NCBI GenBank assembly: GCA_965287045.1
Contig: OZ336878.1
Coordinates: 100,254,001-100,318,000 of the forward strand
Direction of reading: 5' to 3'
Source: Carcharhinus amblyrhynchos
Taxonomy: Eukaryota
Length of the DNA stretch: 64,000 bases
The stretch's first letter is position 1. Each line of letters opens with the position of its first letter. Under the pieces are notes generated by a model. That model was not told the DNA's origin, ran no database searches, and was given only the letters and a program-made list of their open reading frames with translations. Below are positions 35,455 to 49,114 of the stretch, in pieces. The translations under genes and the position numbers were made by a program.

Positions 35455-35963
35455 ATTTGAGGTTGGAATTACTCTGAGGGACTGCATTTAGTTAATGGAC
35501 TGTATCAGTTTGAGAACAGTATCAATTTGAGTGTCTGTATTAGTTCGAGAGGATGCGGTTGTTTGAGGGACTGTATTAGTTTGAGAGAATTTAAGAGTTG
35601 AGGGAACGTACCAGTTTGAGAGAATACCTTAGTTTGAGGGACTGTTTCAGTTTGTGAGATTGCATCTGCTTGTGGTACTGCAGCAGTTTTGGGATTGTAA
35701 CAGTTTGAGAGAATATATTAAGTTAAGAGAATGCATTCATTTGAGGGACTGTATTAGTTTGAGTGATGATAACAGCTGATGTATTGTACCAGTTTGAGAA
35801 GTTGTATCGTTGGATGGAATGGTACCAGTTTGGGGGCTGCATTAATTTAATGGACAGCACCAGTTAGGGTTTGTACCAATTTGAGAGAATGTGTTCGTCT
35901 TGAGGAGCTGTATCAATTTGAGGGACTGTATCAATTTGAGGGAATGTATCAATTTGAGGAATT
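35455..35963 (+). repeat. 18-bp array upstream of C
   Basis: Copy of the gene A array with one additional unit near 35920-35960. Confidence 0.85.
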
Positions 35964-36467
35964 GTTTTCTTTTCAGAGAAAGTCCTCATCTGATTTATTG
36001 TGTGGACTGGTACGTGTTATAGAATGATGTGGAGATGCCGGCGTTGGGCTGGGGTAAACGCAGTAAGAAGTCTCACAACACTAGGTTAAAGTCCAACAAG
36101 TTTATTTGATAGTAAAAATGATACTTTTTACTATCAAATAAACTTGTTGGATTTTAACCTGGTGCTGTGAGACTTCTTACGTGTTAAAGAAGGCAGCCAC
36201 ATCTCAGAGTGCAGCCGCACAGTCCTGAGAAGACAGTTCATATTTGAAATGGTAATTGCTGAATAGAGACAGCAGAGAAAATGGTCATTGTAATATTGTG
36301 AGATCTGGGGAAGGACATGATGCTGTGAGACTTATCAACACCATTGCTCGGAGAATAGAACTTCCAATTATTACTTGGTGAATTAGTGTGATTAAAACTG
36401 ATCGGTCTTTAGTTTATCCCAATGTGATCTCAGATCTAAACATGGTCTTTCACAACAGGCAGTGAAC

Positions 36468-36565
36468 TCAGATGTTGCAAAATGCTGACTTGTTTTCTTT
36501 TCAGAAACACATTTGAAGCATGTTGTAACTTCAATGTCCCCATGGAGATGTCACAGTGTACAAAA
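36468..36565 (+). promoter_or_regulatory. Promoter homologue of pseudogene C
   Basis: CAGATG, TCCCCATGGA 36537-36546, TACAAAA 36559-36565. Confidence 0.5.
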
Positions 36566-36645
36566 ACAGAGAATATATCATTCACGTGTTGAATTCAGAG
36601 AGACTGCCTGTCCCACCAAGGACAGATCACACCGTACAGAAAAAT

Positions 36646-39600
36646 ATGGAACCGTTTCAAGGGATTCTAAAAATATACTACACAATTCTTGCTATCATTG
36701 GTGTACCTGGTAATTGAGTGTGAACACTGAAGTTGTGTAAATCTGTGTGAGTTGTTTTCTGTTTTACTCTGTGATTGAGAATGTTATACACTGATCTACT
36801 GGTGACTGTTATACATAAACTCGATCAATGAGATCATTTGGTTAAGGGTGTATCTGAATCACACATCAGTATATGCAACTCTGAGAGGAGAGATCTTCCT
36901 GGATGGAAATGTTACGGTACAGTTATAATACATGTGGGTCACCACCCAGAACAATTTCTTTCTTTTGTTACGTACAGGTTTGTGCTGATGAGTCTCTCCA
37001 CCTCATGGATCTGTTTCTGTGTTTCTGAATGTCACCAGTGACCAAGCCGAATATTTTTTGTTATTGGCTCAAAATGTTTATGAATAACTGTATCCAAAGA
37101 AATATATTGATACTGTTCAGTCTCTACTAGAATATTACAGAAGACAGAAATGTGAAAAGTAGTTAAACACTGGGACCACACAGTTACTGCATTCAAACCC
37201 TGTAGACAATAACGTACTCTCACACACAGCATAGTTGCTGAAAACACTGTTTTTGCTTCACTGCTGATTAATCTGTTTTCCTCAACACAGCCTTGAGAAT
37301 ATGTGGGTCATGGATGTTTCGTTTTTTATTATTGGCATTCACAGTGGGTGAATTTTGGGCTATGGCAATTAATTTCCCAACTGTTCAATGTTTAACAGAC
37401 CAGTAAGAATCCAGATCATGAGTCTCAACACACAAAGCTGACACTGATCTCCGCTTTTAGCTGAGTGAGGCATATCCCCTCGAGAAAGGACAGTTACGAC
37501 TGAAGAACATTGATGTTGCATTTGGAATGTAGAAATCAGTTTGGAGGCGGTAAATGTGAAATTTATTACTTTGCTAGTAATGAAATAAATAGTGTGCACC
37601 TCAATTAAAAGGTCACTTGTGCAAAGTTATCAAAGGATTGCTAATTGTGATTAATTAATTAATATATTTATAGAGCCATATTGAATATGTAGCTCAGGAC
37701 ATATCACATGGCTTTTGTTGGACTGCACAGAAACGTTCTTCCATCACTGTCCATATAATCTGTTCAGCAAGCTTCTCCTATTCTGTACCACTGTCTTTTT
37801 TTTAAAATTTCCCTTTAAATTAATCCATGCTGTTCACATTAAAGTCTCCATGTTGCAGTGAATTACACATTCTGACCGTTCTTTGAGAGGATCTGTTCCC
37901 CCGAATACACTTTTGAATTTATTAATGATGATACTATTCTAATGAGATTTATTCTGATACCACCCATCAATTGTAGATGTTGTCTCTGTGGTCACTTTAT
38001 CGTACACATTCCTCATTTTCCAAAGAAAGACCTCAACCTGTTCCTTCTTTCCAGAGAGTTAAAATCTGTCAATTCTGATATTACCCATCTCAAAGATTTT
38101 GTACCGTTTTCTGTGCATTCAGATCCTTGTTGTACTCTGGCAACCAGACTGCGCACAATGCATTCATTATCAAGAACCAATGTTTTATAACCTCTTTTAT
38201 TTTCAATTCTTTCCCACTCTCAAGGGAACTTGGTGATTTGTTTGATTTTTTTAACTCGTGTGGTGAATTTAAATGATATGTGCATCTGGAGGCCTTTCTT
38301 CTTTATCTTGACCTTTTTTTTATATTACATATGTAGTAACATGACTTGACCAATTAAGAGCAACCTCCAGACGTTTATTAATGAACAGCAACTATTTACA
38401 GACTGATGCACATTTATGCTTCCAGACATGACTTTAGGCTCTAACTGCTGGGACAAGCCGAGACAAGTTGGAGTGAAGCCCCAACTCGGTTCCCGATTGT
38501 TCAGCCCTGGTCATGTGACCGTTTCAGAAGATTGCCCCTGAAAGGGGTCAGACACCACCCCTCCCCCTCCCAGTTCCTTTATGGACAGCATAAGAGTTCA
38601 TTTAGATTGTCCCCATAATTTACAATTACACTTACAATTGGGGCAGCACGGTGGCACAGTGGTGAGCACTGCTGCCTCACAGCTCCAGGGACTTGGGTTC
38701 GATTCCCGACTTGGGTCACCATCTGTGTGGAGTTTGCACATTTTCCCCATGTTGGCATGGGTTTCTCCTGGGTGCTGCGGTTTCCTTCCACAGTTCAAAG
38801 ATGTGCAGCTTTGGTGGATTGGCCAGACTAAATTGTCCCTTGTTATCAGGGGGACTAGCTACGGTAAATGCATGGGTTATGGGGATGGGGCCCGGGTGAG
38901 ATTGTGGCCAGTGCAGACTCGATGGGCCAAATGGCCTCCTTCTGCCCTGTAGGGATTCTATGACTCTATGGAGCTCTTGACTGTTTTGATTATATCATTC
39001 ACTGTCTCCTTGTTAATAATTACAGTTTCCCAAAATTGTCTATTCTTTTTCTCATCATTATTTGCCAGTTTGATTCTGCCCATTATAAATTACTTTCTTT
39101 CTCCCTCTCTGTGTATTGATTTATTTTTACCTGTAGAGTATTTGATTGCAGGAGTAGATATGCCTTTCCACACTTGCACAGCACATTGTTGATGCTGAAC
39201 CAGGATCATTTTGTGCAGTTTCACTTCCAAAAGATCAATACATTCACTGGAGAAGGAATTTATTTTTTCATTCATCTATGGATTGTAGTTGTCTCTGCTT
39301 GGGCCAGCATTTACTGCCCATCCCATATTGCCAGTACACGGCATGCTATTTCAGAGGGCAGGTAAAAGTCAAGATTCAACTTGGCTCTGGGCTCACATGC
39401 AGATTCCTGAAACAGTATGAGTGAATCTGTGTTATTGTGGGTCAACCCACAACACGTGGACTGTAGTGTTTCAAGAAGAAAGCTCACCAACACATTTTCA
39501 AGGCAAATTTGGGATGCGCATTGAATGCTGGTCAGCCATCTCGCACCAATGAATAAAAAAAAACAAGATGAGGATTCATGGGAATCGACAATGCTTTCAT

Positions 39601-40556
39601 GGGTGCCAGGAATGGGATTTTACTGTCCCGTCTGCCATGGGACTCGGAACTGGTCAGGAGTAGACAGTGGAAAAGTCTGTTGATCTGGCATGGGATTTTA
39701 TGGTTTCAAGACAAGTGAGGCCGTAAAATCCCACCCCAGATATTTGTTGGCAAAAAATCTCTGAAACATAATTTCCATTCTTTGTTCTCTCTTACAGTTA
39801 ATTTAGCTGCGATATTAATCCTCTCCCGAGGCAAGTGCGGCCTCTCCACCTGCGCCTCTCGTTACCTGGTGGCCATGTCAACAGCGGATCTACTGTTCAT
39901 TATCTGTTCAGTCTTTCTCTATCGAATAGGTCCTTATTATTTCCCTTTATCTTTCCTAGAAATCACTCCTGTATGTTGTGTGACCTTCGTACTGCTTTTT
40001 GTGACCACAGAGTGTTCTGTCTGGTTCACTGTCACTTTCTCCTTTGATCGATTTGTGGCCATTTGTTGCCAGAAGCTGAAAACAAAATATTGCACTGAGA
40101 GAACTGCGGCTGTGGTTCTTGCAGCAACTGCCTTTCTGCTATGTTTAAAGAATATTCCCTACTACTTTAGATTTGAACCACGAGAGATAATTGATAATGT
40201 TCCCTGGTTTTGTCAGGAAAAGCCAAGCTATTATATTGATCCAAGATGGGTGGCATTTGACTGGTTTGATAAGATTTTAAGCCCATTTGTCCCATGTTTT
40301 TCAATTCTGTTGCTCAACACTGACAGTCAGATGCATCTTAATGACCAGTCGAGCCTGTAAACGACTGAGGGGTCAGAGCAAGGGAGAGAATCACAGTGTC
40401 CCAGAGATGGAAAGCCGAAGGAAGTCTGTGATTTTACTGTTCACCATATCCGGCAGTTTCATACTTCTCTGGCTGTTATATGTTACACATTTCTTTTATT
40501 ATACAACTACAGGAATCAATTCTGAATCTTACAGTGATTCTTTATATGTCTTTGCG
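36646..40556 (+). pseudogene. Gene C: A-type GPCR pseudogene (exon 1 36646..36709, exon 2 from 39798)
   Basis: 2-nt deletion near 40321 (CTCAACACTGACAG vs CTCAACGCTCTGACAG in A) splits the ORF. Homology stops after YVFA at ~40556, so TM7 and the C-terminus are deleted. TATA mutated to TACAAAA. Confidence 0.9.
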
Positions 40557-40569
40557 TCGATAAACTTTT

Positions 40570-40674
40570 GGGTGGAATTTTATCTACGCGCCAGCCAGTG
40601 GAATCATCCAGTCCAGCCAATGGCAATGAACGTTTCAGTGTCCCCACCCTCGACGGGACAATAAAATTCTGCCC
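40570..40674. mobile_element. MITE-like element (paralogue 60432-60560)
   Basis: TIRs GGGTGGAATTTTAT / ATAAAATTCTGCCC (12/14 match). Confidence 0.55.
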
Positions 40675-41161
40675 TCAGACAAATGGAGAGATTTAGGCAG
40701 GGAGTTCCAGAGATTGGGGCCCACAAGCTAAACCTACCAATTCTCAGAGGGAGCTGAAGGAAATTGTTTTTCTCTTGCAGAGCCTTTTACATTTTAGATC
40801 GTGCTCAAGTGTCTAACTTTGGAATTTATAGCAAAGAAACACATCAGTCAGCCTGAAACTCCCCTGAAGGGAATAATGTTGCAGATATCTTCCCAACCCT
40901 CTGCATCATATCCTGTAAGCATTTCCTCATGTTATTTTCTCCCTCATCAGTTTATCCAACTTTCCCTTGAATGGAGCCAAGATTATGGAATCCAGCTCTC
41001 TCCCCAGTGGAGAATTGAACGTTTAAACATTGATGTGAAGTTACAAAAAACAACAAAGGGGAAATGATCAGGTCAGCTGAGATTTTGTTGAGCTGATGTT
41101 AACTGAGGTGTAGTGTTAGCCAGGTCACCGGGTAGGAAAGTCCCTCTGCTTCACTCCAAAA

Positions 41162-41247
41162 CAGGTCTGTGTCCTTCCATTCCCGTTCCAGGTCCATATC
41201 CTTCCATTCCCGTTCCAGGTCCATGTCCTTCCATTCCTATTCCAGGT
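41162..41247 (+). repeat. 27-bp tandem repeat x3
   Basis: CAGGTCCATRTCCTTCCATTCCCGTTC units; single copy at the paralogous site ~61047. Confidence 0.9.
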
Positions 41248-41369
41248 GTTCCCTCCGCCCACCCATCCCTCAAACTTTCCCTCTCTCATTTTCGTTCTCT
41301 CTCTGAAAATGAGAACAATGAGATGTGATCTCACTGAAATGTGCAAAACAAGTAAATTAACGACAGGGT

Positions 41370-41705
41370 ACAAACAAAGCACAACAAAGAACAAAACCAG
41401 CCCAGGAAACAGGCCCTTCGGCCCAACAAGCCCACGCTGCCATCTCAACACCACCTCTCTACCCATGACCCCTATCTAATGTTTTATGGCCATCCAGATT
41501 GAGGGAAAACTGATTTAGGGACAATTTATTCCTGCCAATCAGCCTAGCAGCACATCTTTGGGGTGTGGGAGGAAACCGGAACACCCGGAGGAAACCCATG
41601 CAAGCACGGGGAGAATGCGCAAACTCCCACAGACACCGGCCCAAATCCATGTGTCTGCACAGCAATCAGCGATAATCACTGAGCTGTCGTCTTGCCCAGT
41701 CTTGG
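41370..41705 (-). mobile_element. Young SINE-like element with HE1 core and a non-HE1 head
   Basis: Close reverse-complement match to 55262-55610; TTTGTT-type tail. Confidence 0.75.
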
Positions 41706-42569
41706 GTAGATTCAGAGAATATATTTCCCCTTGACTGGGGAGACTAGAACCAGGGAACATAATTACAAACCAAGGTCGATGCAACTTAGAACAGAGATGA
41801 AGAGACATTTCTTGATACTCAGCGTAGCATTCTTCGGGCTTTTGGATTCAGTAATTGTGCATATTTAAAGTAGAGGTTTGATACATTTCTGATTAAGAAT
41901 AAGGTAATTGTTTACGGGGTTAGTGTTTATAAAGTAATGGAAATGATTGAGATTGGCCACGGCCATGCTAAATGGCGGGGCAAGATTGACAAACAAAATG
42001 GGCTACTCCTATCTCTGTGTTCATTTTTTCTTATGTGGAAGGAGAAGATTGGAGAATGTTCCAGATATACTGGGTATTGGACGGGGGATACAATATGGAG
42101 CACAAATCCCAATGAATCTGCTTGAATCCCCTTTGTAAACTGAAATGGACAGTGTAATTAACAAGCCCATTACCTCACAATTAATAGCTATATCATAACA
42201 CAACTTTGTTTGATCTTCCCCATCACCACTTCCAATTCCATCTCCCCAATGCCCTTGTTCCCAATTCCCCTCCCCATTTTTCTCCTGGATAATCCGTGCT
42301 CCTTTCAATTCACTATCCCTTCCTCCTCAGAACACTTCCTCCTTTATCTTCATAGGTTCCAGATCCGAATTAGCCTCCCATCCCACATTAGACAGTTCCT
42401 CCTTTTTCTCTCCAACCATTTGGTATTCTCATTAATCACCCTCATTCCCCCATTCAGATCCCCTCTCTCCCATGCCCTTTCCTCTTATCCTCTTCCTATC
42501 TCCCATCCCCTGACTACACCCCATCCTCAGTCGCACTGACGCTCTGTCGCAAAGATAATCGTAGAACAA

Positions 42570-42885
42570 GAAGAACGCATGACCGTGGTGTATTTGGATT
42601 TTCAAAGGCCTTTTGATGAGGTCCCATGCAAGAGGTTAGCAAACAAGGTCAGAGCATAAAGGATTGGGGGTAAGAGACTGGTATGGACTGAGACAAAAAA
42701 ATAGTGATTGGTAATAAATGTGTCATTCCCAGTGTGACAGGCTGTCACTACTGGCCTAACACAAGAATCAGTGCTGGGCCACGTATTTCACAATTTACAT
42801 ATCAATGGAGTTAGGTACCAGATGTTGTATTTCCAAATTTGCTGTTGTCACAAAAGGAGATGGGATGTGTGTCCTGAAGGTGATG
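42570..42885 (+). mobile_element. CR1 RT fragment
   Basis: GTGGTGTATTTGGATTTTCAAAGGCCTTTTGATGAGGTCCCA, equivalent to VVYLDFQxxFDEVP. Confidence 0.75.
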
Positions 42886-44149
42886 TTGTTATGACTGAGT
42901 TGCAAAGATGATTTATCCAGCTAGTGACACATCTGCCTTACATATGACTCTCAGAATGACAACTCAATAAGCAGCTTGCTTCAATAAACAACAAATCCAT
43001 TAGTTATTTTTTTCATAAAACACAGAATGTTCAAGTCAAAAGGTAAAGCATATTATCATACAATGTGTACTACAAAAGAAGGAATAATTAGTCCTTCTAA
43101 GTACTAACTCACTAATCTTCTTACTTTCTCTGTGGAACGTAACCAGCCTCCCAGCTTTGGGAAAAGAAGCAGCTTTCTATGCATTTTGGTTTTACTTTTC
43201 AAAACCATAACCGTCATTTTTGTGAAGTATTTTCTGTGAAAGTAGAGGTTTCCAGCTTCTTCAAAACTGCTTCATTACCTCTTCTTGTGAATGCTGACTT
43301 TTCCATGAACCACAATAAACAGAGCCCCTGTGTTAAGAGATGGTGTTTTTTTTTTCAAAACACATCTGCTTTCAAAATGTTCTTAGACTTTGAAGATTAT
43401 CTATTTTCTTTGAAGAGAGGAATAATTTTAGAATCCGACTTTGTCACTGCATTGACCCGTCGGTAGCCCATCAGGGATCTGATCGACCCATCTGCCTTGA
43501 GGTTTAACATGACTGGGGAACTCCAACTTCTTTGGCTGGATTCAATGAGGTGATTTTCCACCATGTACTGGAGCTCTGCTTTCACCACAGTCTGTTCCTC
43601 TGGATTCAAAGGGCCTAGTCTGCAGGGAACGGTTGGAAGGCGGAGTTGAGTGTAACTTGCAGCAAAAACTGGAAGTCGGCCATGGGGAATTCTTGGAAGG
43701 TTTGTCATTTGCTTTCATAGTGCGGGTCGCAGTGGTTGCTGGTTCAGTGTTTTATTTCTACCTGTATATAATTTGGACAGTTCCTATACCCGAGACACTA
43801 CACTTGCAGTGCCCCCCACCCTTCCACCTCCTCTAACCTATAGTGGGTGAGAAAATATCAGATAAGCTTTTTCTTCCTTTTTCTTGGTTTATTTGCAAGT
43901 TATCTAGAGGGGATGGCAAGGAAGGCAGTGCAAAGTTCCTCCTGCAGAATGTTGGAGCTGAGGGACGCCGTCAGTGTCCCTGCTGATTTCACCTATGGGA
44001 AGTACACCCATCTCCAGCTCCTCAAAATCCACATTAGGGAACTGGGGCTGGAGCTGGATGAATTTCAGATCATTCGGGAGGCAGAGGTGGTCATAGATAG
44101 AAGCTTTAGTGGTGTAGTTGCTCTGAAGAATCCTATTGTCAAGCCGTGG

Positions 44150-45460
44150 ACTGCCACATAAAAAGAGATTGGCTTGGAGAGAAGGGAAAAAGAGCCACTC
44201 CCTTGAGACGAGCTGGAATTTTAACTATTTAATGATGATTGGAAGTGTTTGATTTAATGTGGTTCACAAACGTTACCCTGTCCAGGAGCCGTTTTCCCTG
44301 TTTGATTCCACTTGGATAGTCCCATCTAAAGCAAAGCAATCCAGGGACCCTTGACATTGGTTTACTCCAACTCTGGAGTAAAATGTGCTTCAGATCCATT
44401 GTAATTCCCACCCCACCCCCCCCCCCCCGCCACACCTCCACTTCAGTTGGGCAGTTAATTGCTGTGCTTGGATCCCTTCATGGCCTGGGTGAATTATTGG
44501 ATCACTGAAGGTCTTACAATTGCAGTATTAAGTGGTAATTGGAGCCCCAAGCCTGACCCTCATCTGCAGTTGGAATGGGGTTGTGTTGAAACTGTGGGGT
44601 CTAATACTACTTGCCGGTTTGCGAGGATGCCTGACTGGTTGATTTTTCCGGGCATTGCACTGGAACACCCTTGGAAGAATCTCACACCCCTGGGTTAGTC
44701 GTGAATTTGGGAAGCCTGTCTTCAAATCCTTTGCCACTGCACCCCCTGCCTCTCAACCACAGGTTTGGAGAAACGGTTGTACCTGAACTGCGCGGGTCGG
44801 AATGCATGCCAGGTCTTGGATCAGCAAACAACGTCTTTGCCCCATTATTCAGCAGGGAGAAGGGTGGGTAACAATCCTTTGAATGTTGGTAGTGAACTCA
44901 TGCAGTCAGGGAATGAAAAATTGAAATTGATGATCTTCTCCAATTCAATGTGAACACACTGGAGGAAAAATCTTAATAATAATTCAATGTTGATAAGGGA
45001 GGAAAGATTTGATAAACTGACAACGAGAAGCTGAAACCTCAGTTTGAGGTTCAAATATCTGTTCATCAATAATCATCAGGATAGTGAATCGTGCCGGCGC
45101 TGTCCTGCTGTGAACCTCTCATTAAACAGTTACCATGAGCTTCTGTCGATGCAGTTCGGAATGGAACAGAGCAGTGCCAATATAAATAGTCAGCTGGCAG
45201 TACAGAACTAAAGTGCTGGTGAAAAAAGTAAGATGATGAAGCTTTTTGCCTTGTAGACATCAGGCCGTATTCCTGATGCAAAGTCTTCTCAGGAATACAA
45301 AACAAAAACACTCCGTGTGTCTCTTATTTCAACAATACCAATGCATTCTATTTTATACAAGTAGCAGAAAATTTCACCAACAGGAAAGATTTCCTCTCTT
45401 GCCAATTATTACATTTGTGAATAACAGGGAAGACTCCATGGATTGGAGAGTTCATTAAGG
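44150..45460 (-). other. Remnant homologous to the B-gene intron, with no exons found
   Basis: Aligns with 18700-19830 and 25420-26545 (e.g. TTGGAGAGAAGGGA..., ACAGAACTAAAGTG, AAAGATTTCCTCT), with an insert at ~44620-44840. Confidence 0.8.
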
Positions 45461-46269
45461 TGTCAGCCGAAGTCTGGCTGTTATCCAGGTCTTGCTACAT
45501 TTAGACAGTAAAAGCTTCAGAACCTGCAGCGTCCTGGATGATGCTGAACATTGTGCAGTCATCAGTAAACATGTTTAGTTAATGGAACGAACGTGACTGA
45601 TGGAGCAACTGAATATGGTTGGGCCTAAAACTTCACTCTGAATAACTCCTGCAGAGACGGCCTGGAACTGAGGTGGTTGACATCTGACCATCAGAAACAG
45701 CTTGCTTTGTGCAAGGTTTAACTCCTACCATGTGAATCCCATTCATTGTCTGTGATTAAGATTCAATTAATGGAATGTTTGGAAGGAAGTGGTGGCAGAG
45801 GGCAGGAGATGACAAAACAGACATTGAGATCCTAGGCTCAGATAAGGAGGATGTCGACTCTCAAAGACTGTAAACGTGAAGTATCAAATCTGATAATGTT
45901 TAAAATGATTTTATAAAATTGGCAGGTTTGAAACAATGAATTTAACATGATTCAGAACAAGCTTATGGCCTGAAACTAGGGAGGATAAAGAAGTAAGAGA
46001 CAATGTAGAAATAAAAATATGCACACAAAAGTGAAAAAAGGCGCAATTCTTGATGACCGGGATGATGCAAAGCACTCTAAATGGTGACAAAGCAGACAGT
46101 AACAGTATTTCAAAGAATCTCTTCAGTGCCGGAGGAGGTTATTTTGCCCATCGAGTCTGCAATGACTCTCTCTCTGACAGATAATGTACTCTGTGATAGT
46201 GCAGTGGTTAGGATTCGGCATTTTCTCAGCCTCAGGTTCAATTCCCAGTGAGGCAAGGTGTTTGTAATG

Positions 46270-46850
46270 GGCAGCACGGTGGTACAATGTTTAGAACTGC
46301 TTCATCACAGTGCCGGAGACCAGGGTTCAATTCCTGGCTTGGTTCACGATCTGTGTGGCATTTGCACATTCTCCCTGTCTCTGCATGGGTTTCCTCTGGG
46401 TATTTGGGCTTCCTCCCACAGCCCACAGACATGCAGCTTAGGTCGATCGGCCATGCTAAATTGTCCCTTACTGACAGGGGACAGCTACTGTAAATGCTTG
46501 CGGTTGCAGGGATAGGTCCTGGGTGGGATTGTGATCAATGTAGACTCGATGGGCCGAATGACCTCCTTCTGTATTGTAGGATTCTAGTACCTTCCCCAAG
46601 TTCTTTCCTCTCCCTAACCCTGTATCCCCACACATTTACCATGGCTAACCTATTGAACCTACACATCATTGAACACTAAGGGACAATTTAGCATGGCCAA
46701 TGCAAGTAAACTGCACATCTTTAAACTGTGGGAGTAATGTGGGGCGCTCAGAGGAAACCCATGCAGATACGGGGAGAATGTGTAAACTCCAGCTAGTGAC
46801 CCAAATCTGAAGTCAATTCCAGGTTCCTGGTGCTGTATAAAGGCAGTCAC
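46270..46850. mobile_element. Two adjacent HE1-like SINEs in opposite orientation (46270-46585 +, 46610-46850 -)
   Basis: Both contain the HE1 core. Confidence 0.8.
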
Positions 46851-47189
46851 GAGGGGAGGGGGAGGCAGTTAAATCAGGGGGAATGAGAGGCTACAAAAAG
46901 CTTGCAGTTGATTTCAAATTGAATTTCACACACTTCCTCAAATTTTATTCATAAAAAAGCCACCAGGAGCTCTGAATGCAGTGCTGGCTACGCACTAGTG
47001 GTTGAGGTCAAACTGAGAATGGGTTAAGCTCATTGGATTTTTCAACTCATGACTCACAGGGTGTTGTGGTCTTCAAAGGGTTTTCATTTTCAGATCACAG
47101 ACATGAGGGCAGAGTGAACTTTACTAAAAATTTCCAAGACCTGTCCTGTAAAAAAAAAGATCAATTTTGATGGAGACCAGAGCCAGATA

Positions 47190-47990
47190 TTTAAAAGACA
47201 ATTATTTGACTAGGCAGAGTGGTTTTGTTGAATGGAAATTGCAGTTAAATAATTTATTAGGTTTTATTTAGGAATGAACAAGTGGCGGGGATAAGGGATA
47301 TTCAGTAGATAAAGGGTACTTAAATTTGAGAATGTGTAAGGTGGAACATCACAGAATATTGCTGCATGGTTTACAGTGTGTAACATACAAGTATGGATAA
47401 AGGATTGGTAAACTAATAGGCATGAATGGGTATTTTCGGTGGGTGGGTACTGGAGTGCCTCAAGGGCCAGTGCTTTTCAACTATTTACAATTTATAACAA
47501 TGGTTTGGATTAAAGGACCAAATGTATGGGAGTTATATTTGCCAATAGCACAAAGAACGTTACGAACATGAGCTATCAGGCAGGTTAAGTGAGCAAGCAT
47601 AAAATGGCCAGAATACAATGTGAGAAATGATAATTGCCCACGTGGCAGATACAATTTAAATGGAGAAAGTTGGCATACCTCGGTGATGCAGAGGGATCTG
47701 GGTGTCCCGCTATGTGAATCAAGAAAAGATAGCCTGCAGGATCGGCAAGTGATTAGGAAGACAAATAAAATATTGATGTTTATTGTAAGGGGAATGATGT
47801 ATGAAAGTCGAGTCGAGTTTCTTCAAACTGAGTTGGTCATATCTTTGACAGACTTTTGAGCCGAGGGTTATAGGAAGAAGTGGGGAGTGGGCAGATGGCA
47901 AAGTGGAGATTAGATCCCATTATGATCTAATTGAATGGTAGAGCAGGCTCCAGGGCCTGCATGCTCTATCCCTGAAATCCAATGTTCCCG
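47190..47990 (+). mobile_element. Degenerate CR1 RT and 3' UTR
   Basis: GCAGAGGGATCTGGGTGTCC (QRDLGV), GGAGTGCCTCAAGGG (GVPQG), GAATGGTAGAGCAGGCTC tail. Confidence 0.7.
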
Positions 47991-48454
47991 GTCACAAAGG
48001 ACAGGAGTCATTCAATCCGGTGAACTAATCAGCCTCCACAGCAATGATCGAAGATGCTTCTGACAACGCTATCAATCAGGACTTACGCAGCATTTTCTTG
48101 CTCACTGCTGCTCAAGCTGTGCTCTGCTGGAAATGCTTGGCTCCTGACTTAATTAGGGGCAGTGCAGTAGCACAATGGTTAGCACAGCTGCTTCAGAGCG
48201 CTGGGGACCCAGGTTCGAATCCTGGCTTTGTTCACTGTCTGTGTAGAGAGCGCACATTCTCCCTGTCTCTGCATGGGTTTCCTCCCGGTGCTCTAGATTC
48301 CGGCTACATTCTGAAAGACGTGTAGGTTAAGTGCATTGACCCAAACAGGCGATACACTCTGGCAATTCGGGGAATTTCACAGTAACTTCATTGTGTGTTA
48401 ATGTAAGTCTTACTTGTGACTCATAAATAAACTTTAACATCTAATGCCGCTTGG

Positions 48455-48830
48455 ATAAAAGAACTGAATTCAAGGCTGCTTTGCCGAGACAGCGGGAAGT
48501 GTAGCCACAATCAATGGATGGGACATTAGTTTGCGTGATGTATTGGGTTAATTTCATGACCTTTTGTAGTTCCTTGCGGTATTGATCAGAGAAGGAGCCA
48601 GACCAAGCTGTGATGCATCTGGAAAGAAAGCTTTTTTGTGTGTTGCACCACAAACGAAGAACATAAGGACCAGACCAAGTAAGGATGGCTGTATCCATAC
48701 CATAAAGGATATTAATGAAGTAGATGCATTTCTACAATGTTCAGTTGTAGTTTCTTGGTCATCCTCACTGAGACCCTCTGAAAATCTATTCATATTCCAC
48801 ATCTATTACTGAGATGTAATATTGAACAGA
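48455..48830 (-). mobile_element. Rex1/Babar-type LINE RT C-terminal fragment
   Basis: ORF 48441..48698: SFLSRCITAWSG...RKELQKVM...ITQTNVPSID..YTSRCLGKA. Confidence 0.7.
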
Positions 48831-49114
48831 GAAAATTGCCCAAAATAGTGAAGGAGGGCTGGATTGATGCTCAGGATAGGGACTCACTCACTGCACATGG
48901 AATGCAGGCTGAAAAGAAATGCATAACTTTTCCATCATATTCTCTGTCTGTTAGAGACGTCTTCACCACCCTTTGCTGTTCCTACACAAGCATTTACACC
49001 TTCTTTCAAACCATCTTCAGTCATTTCCATTGGGCAATTCACATTACACCATTATTCCTTTGTCATTCAATCACTAGCCTCCAGTCCATCAAAGGTCATG
49101 GAAACATGGTATTG

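Larger units (their letters stand above)
31900..40556 (+). repeat. Segmental duplication, copy 2
   Basis: TTACTGCCACCCAGAGAGG at 31900 matches position 1; colinear through gene C. Confidence 0.95.

Noticed and set aside
31900-40556. Assembly artefact (false haplotype duplication)
   Set aside because: The copies differ by many substitutions, indels and distinct 3' flanks, beyond what allelic variation would give.
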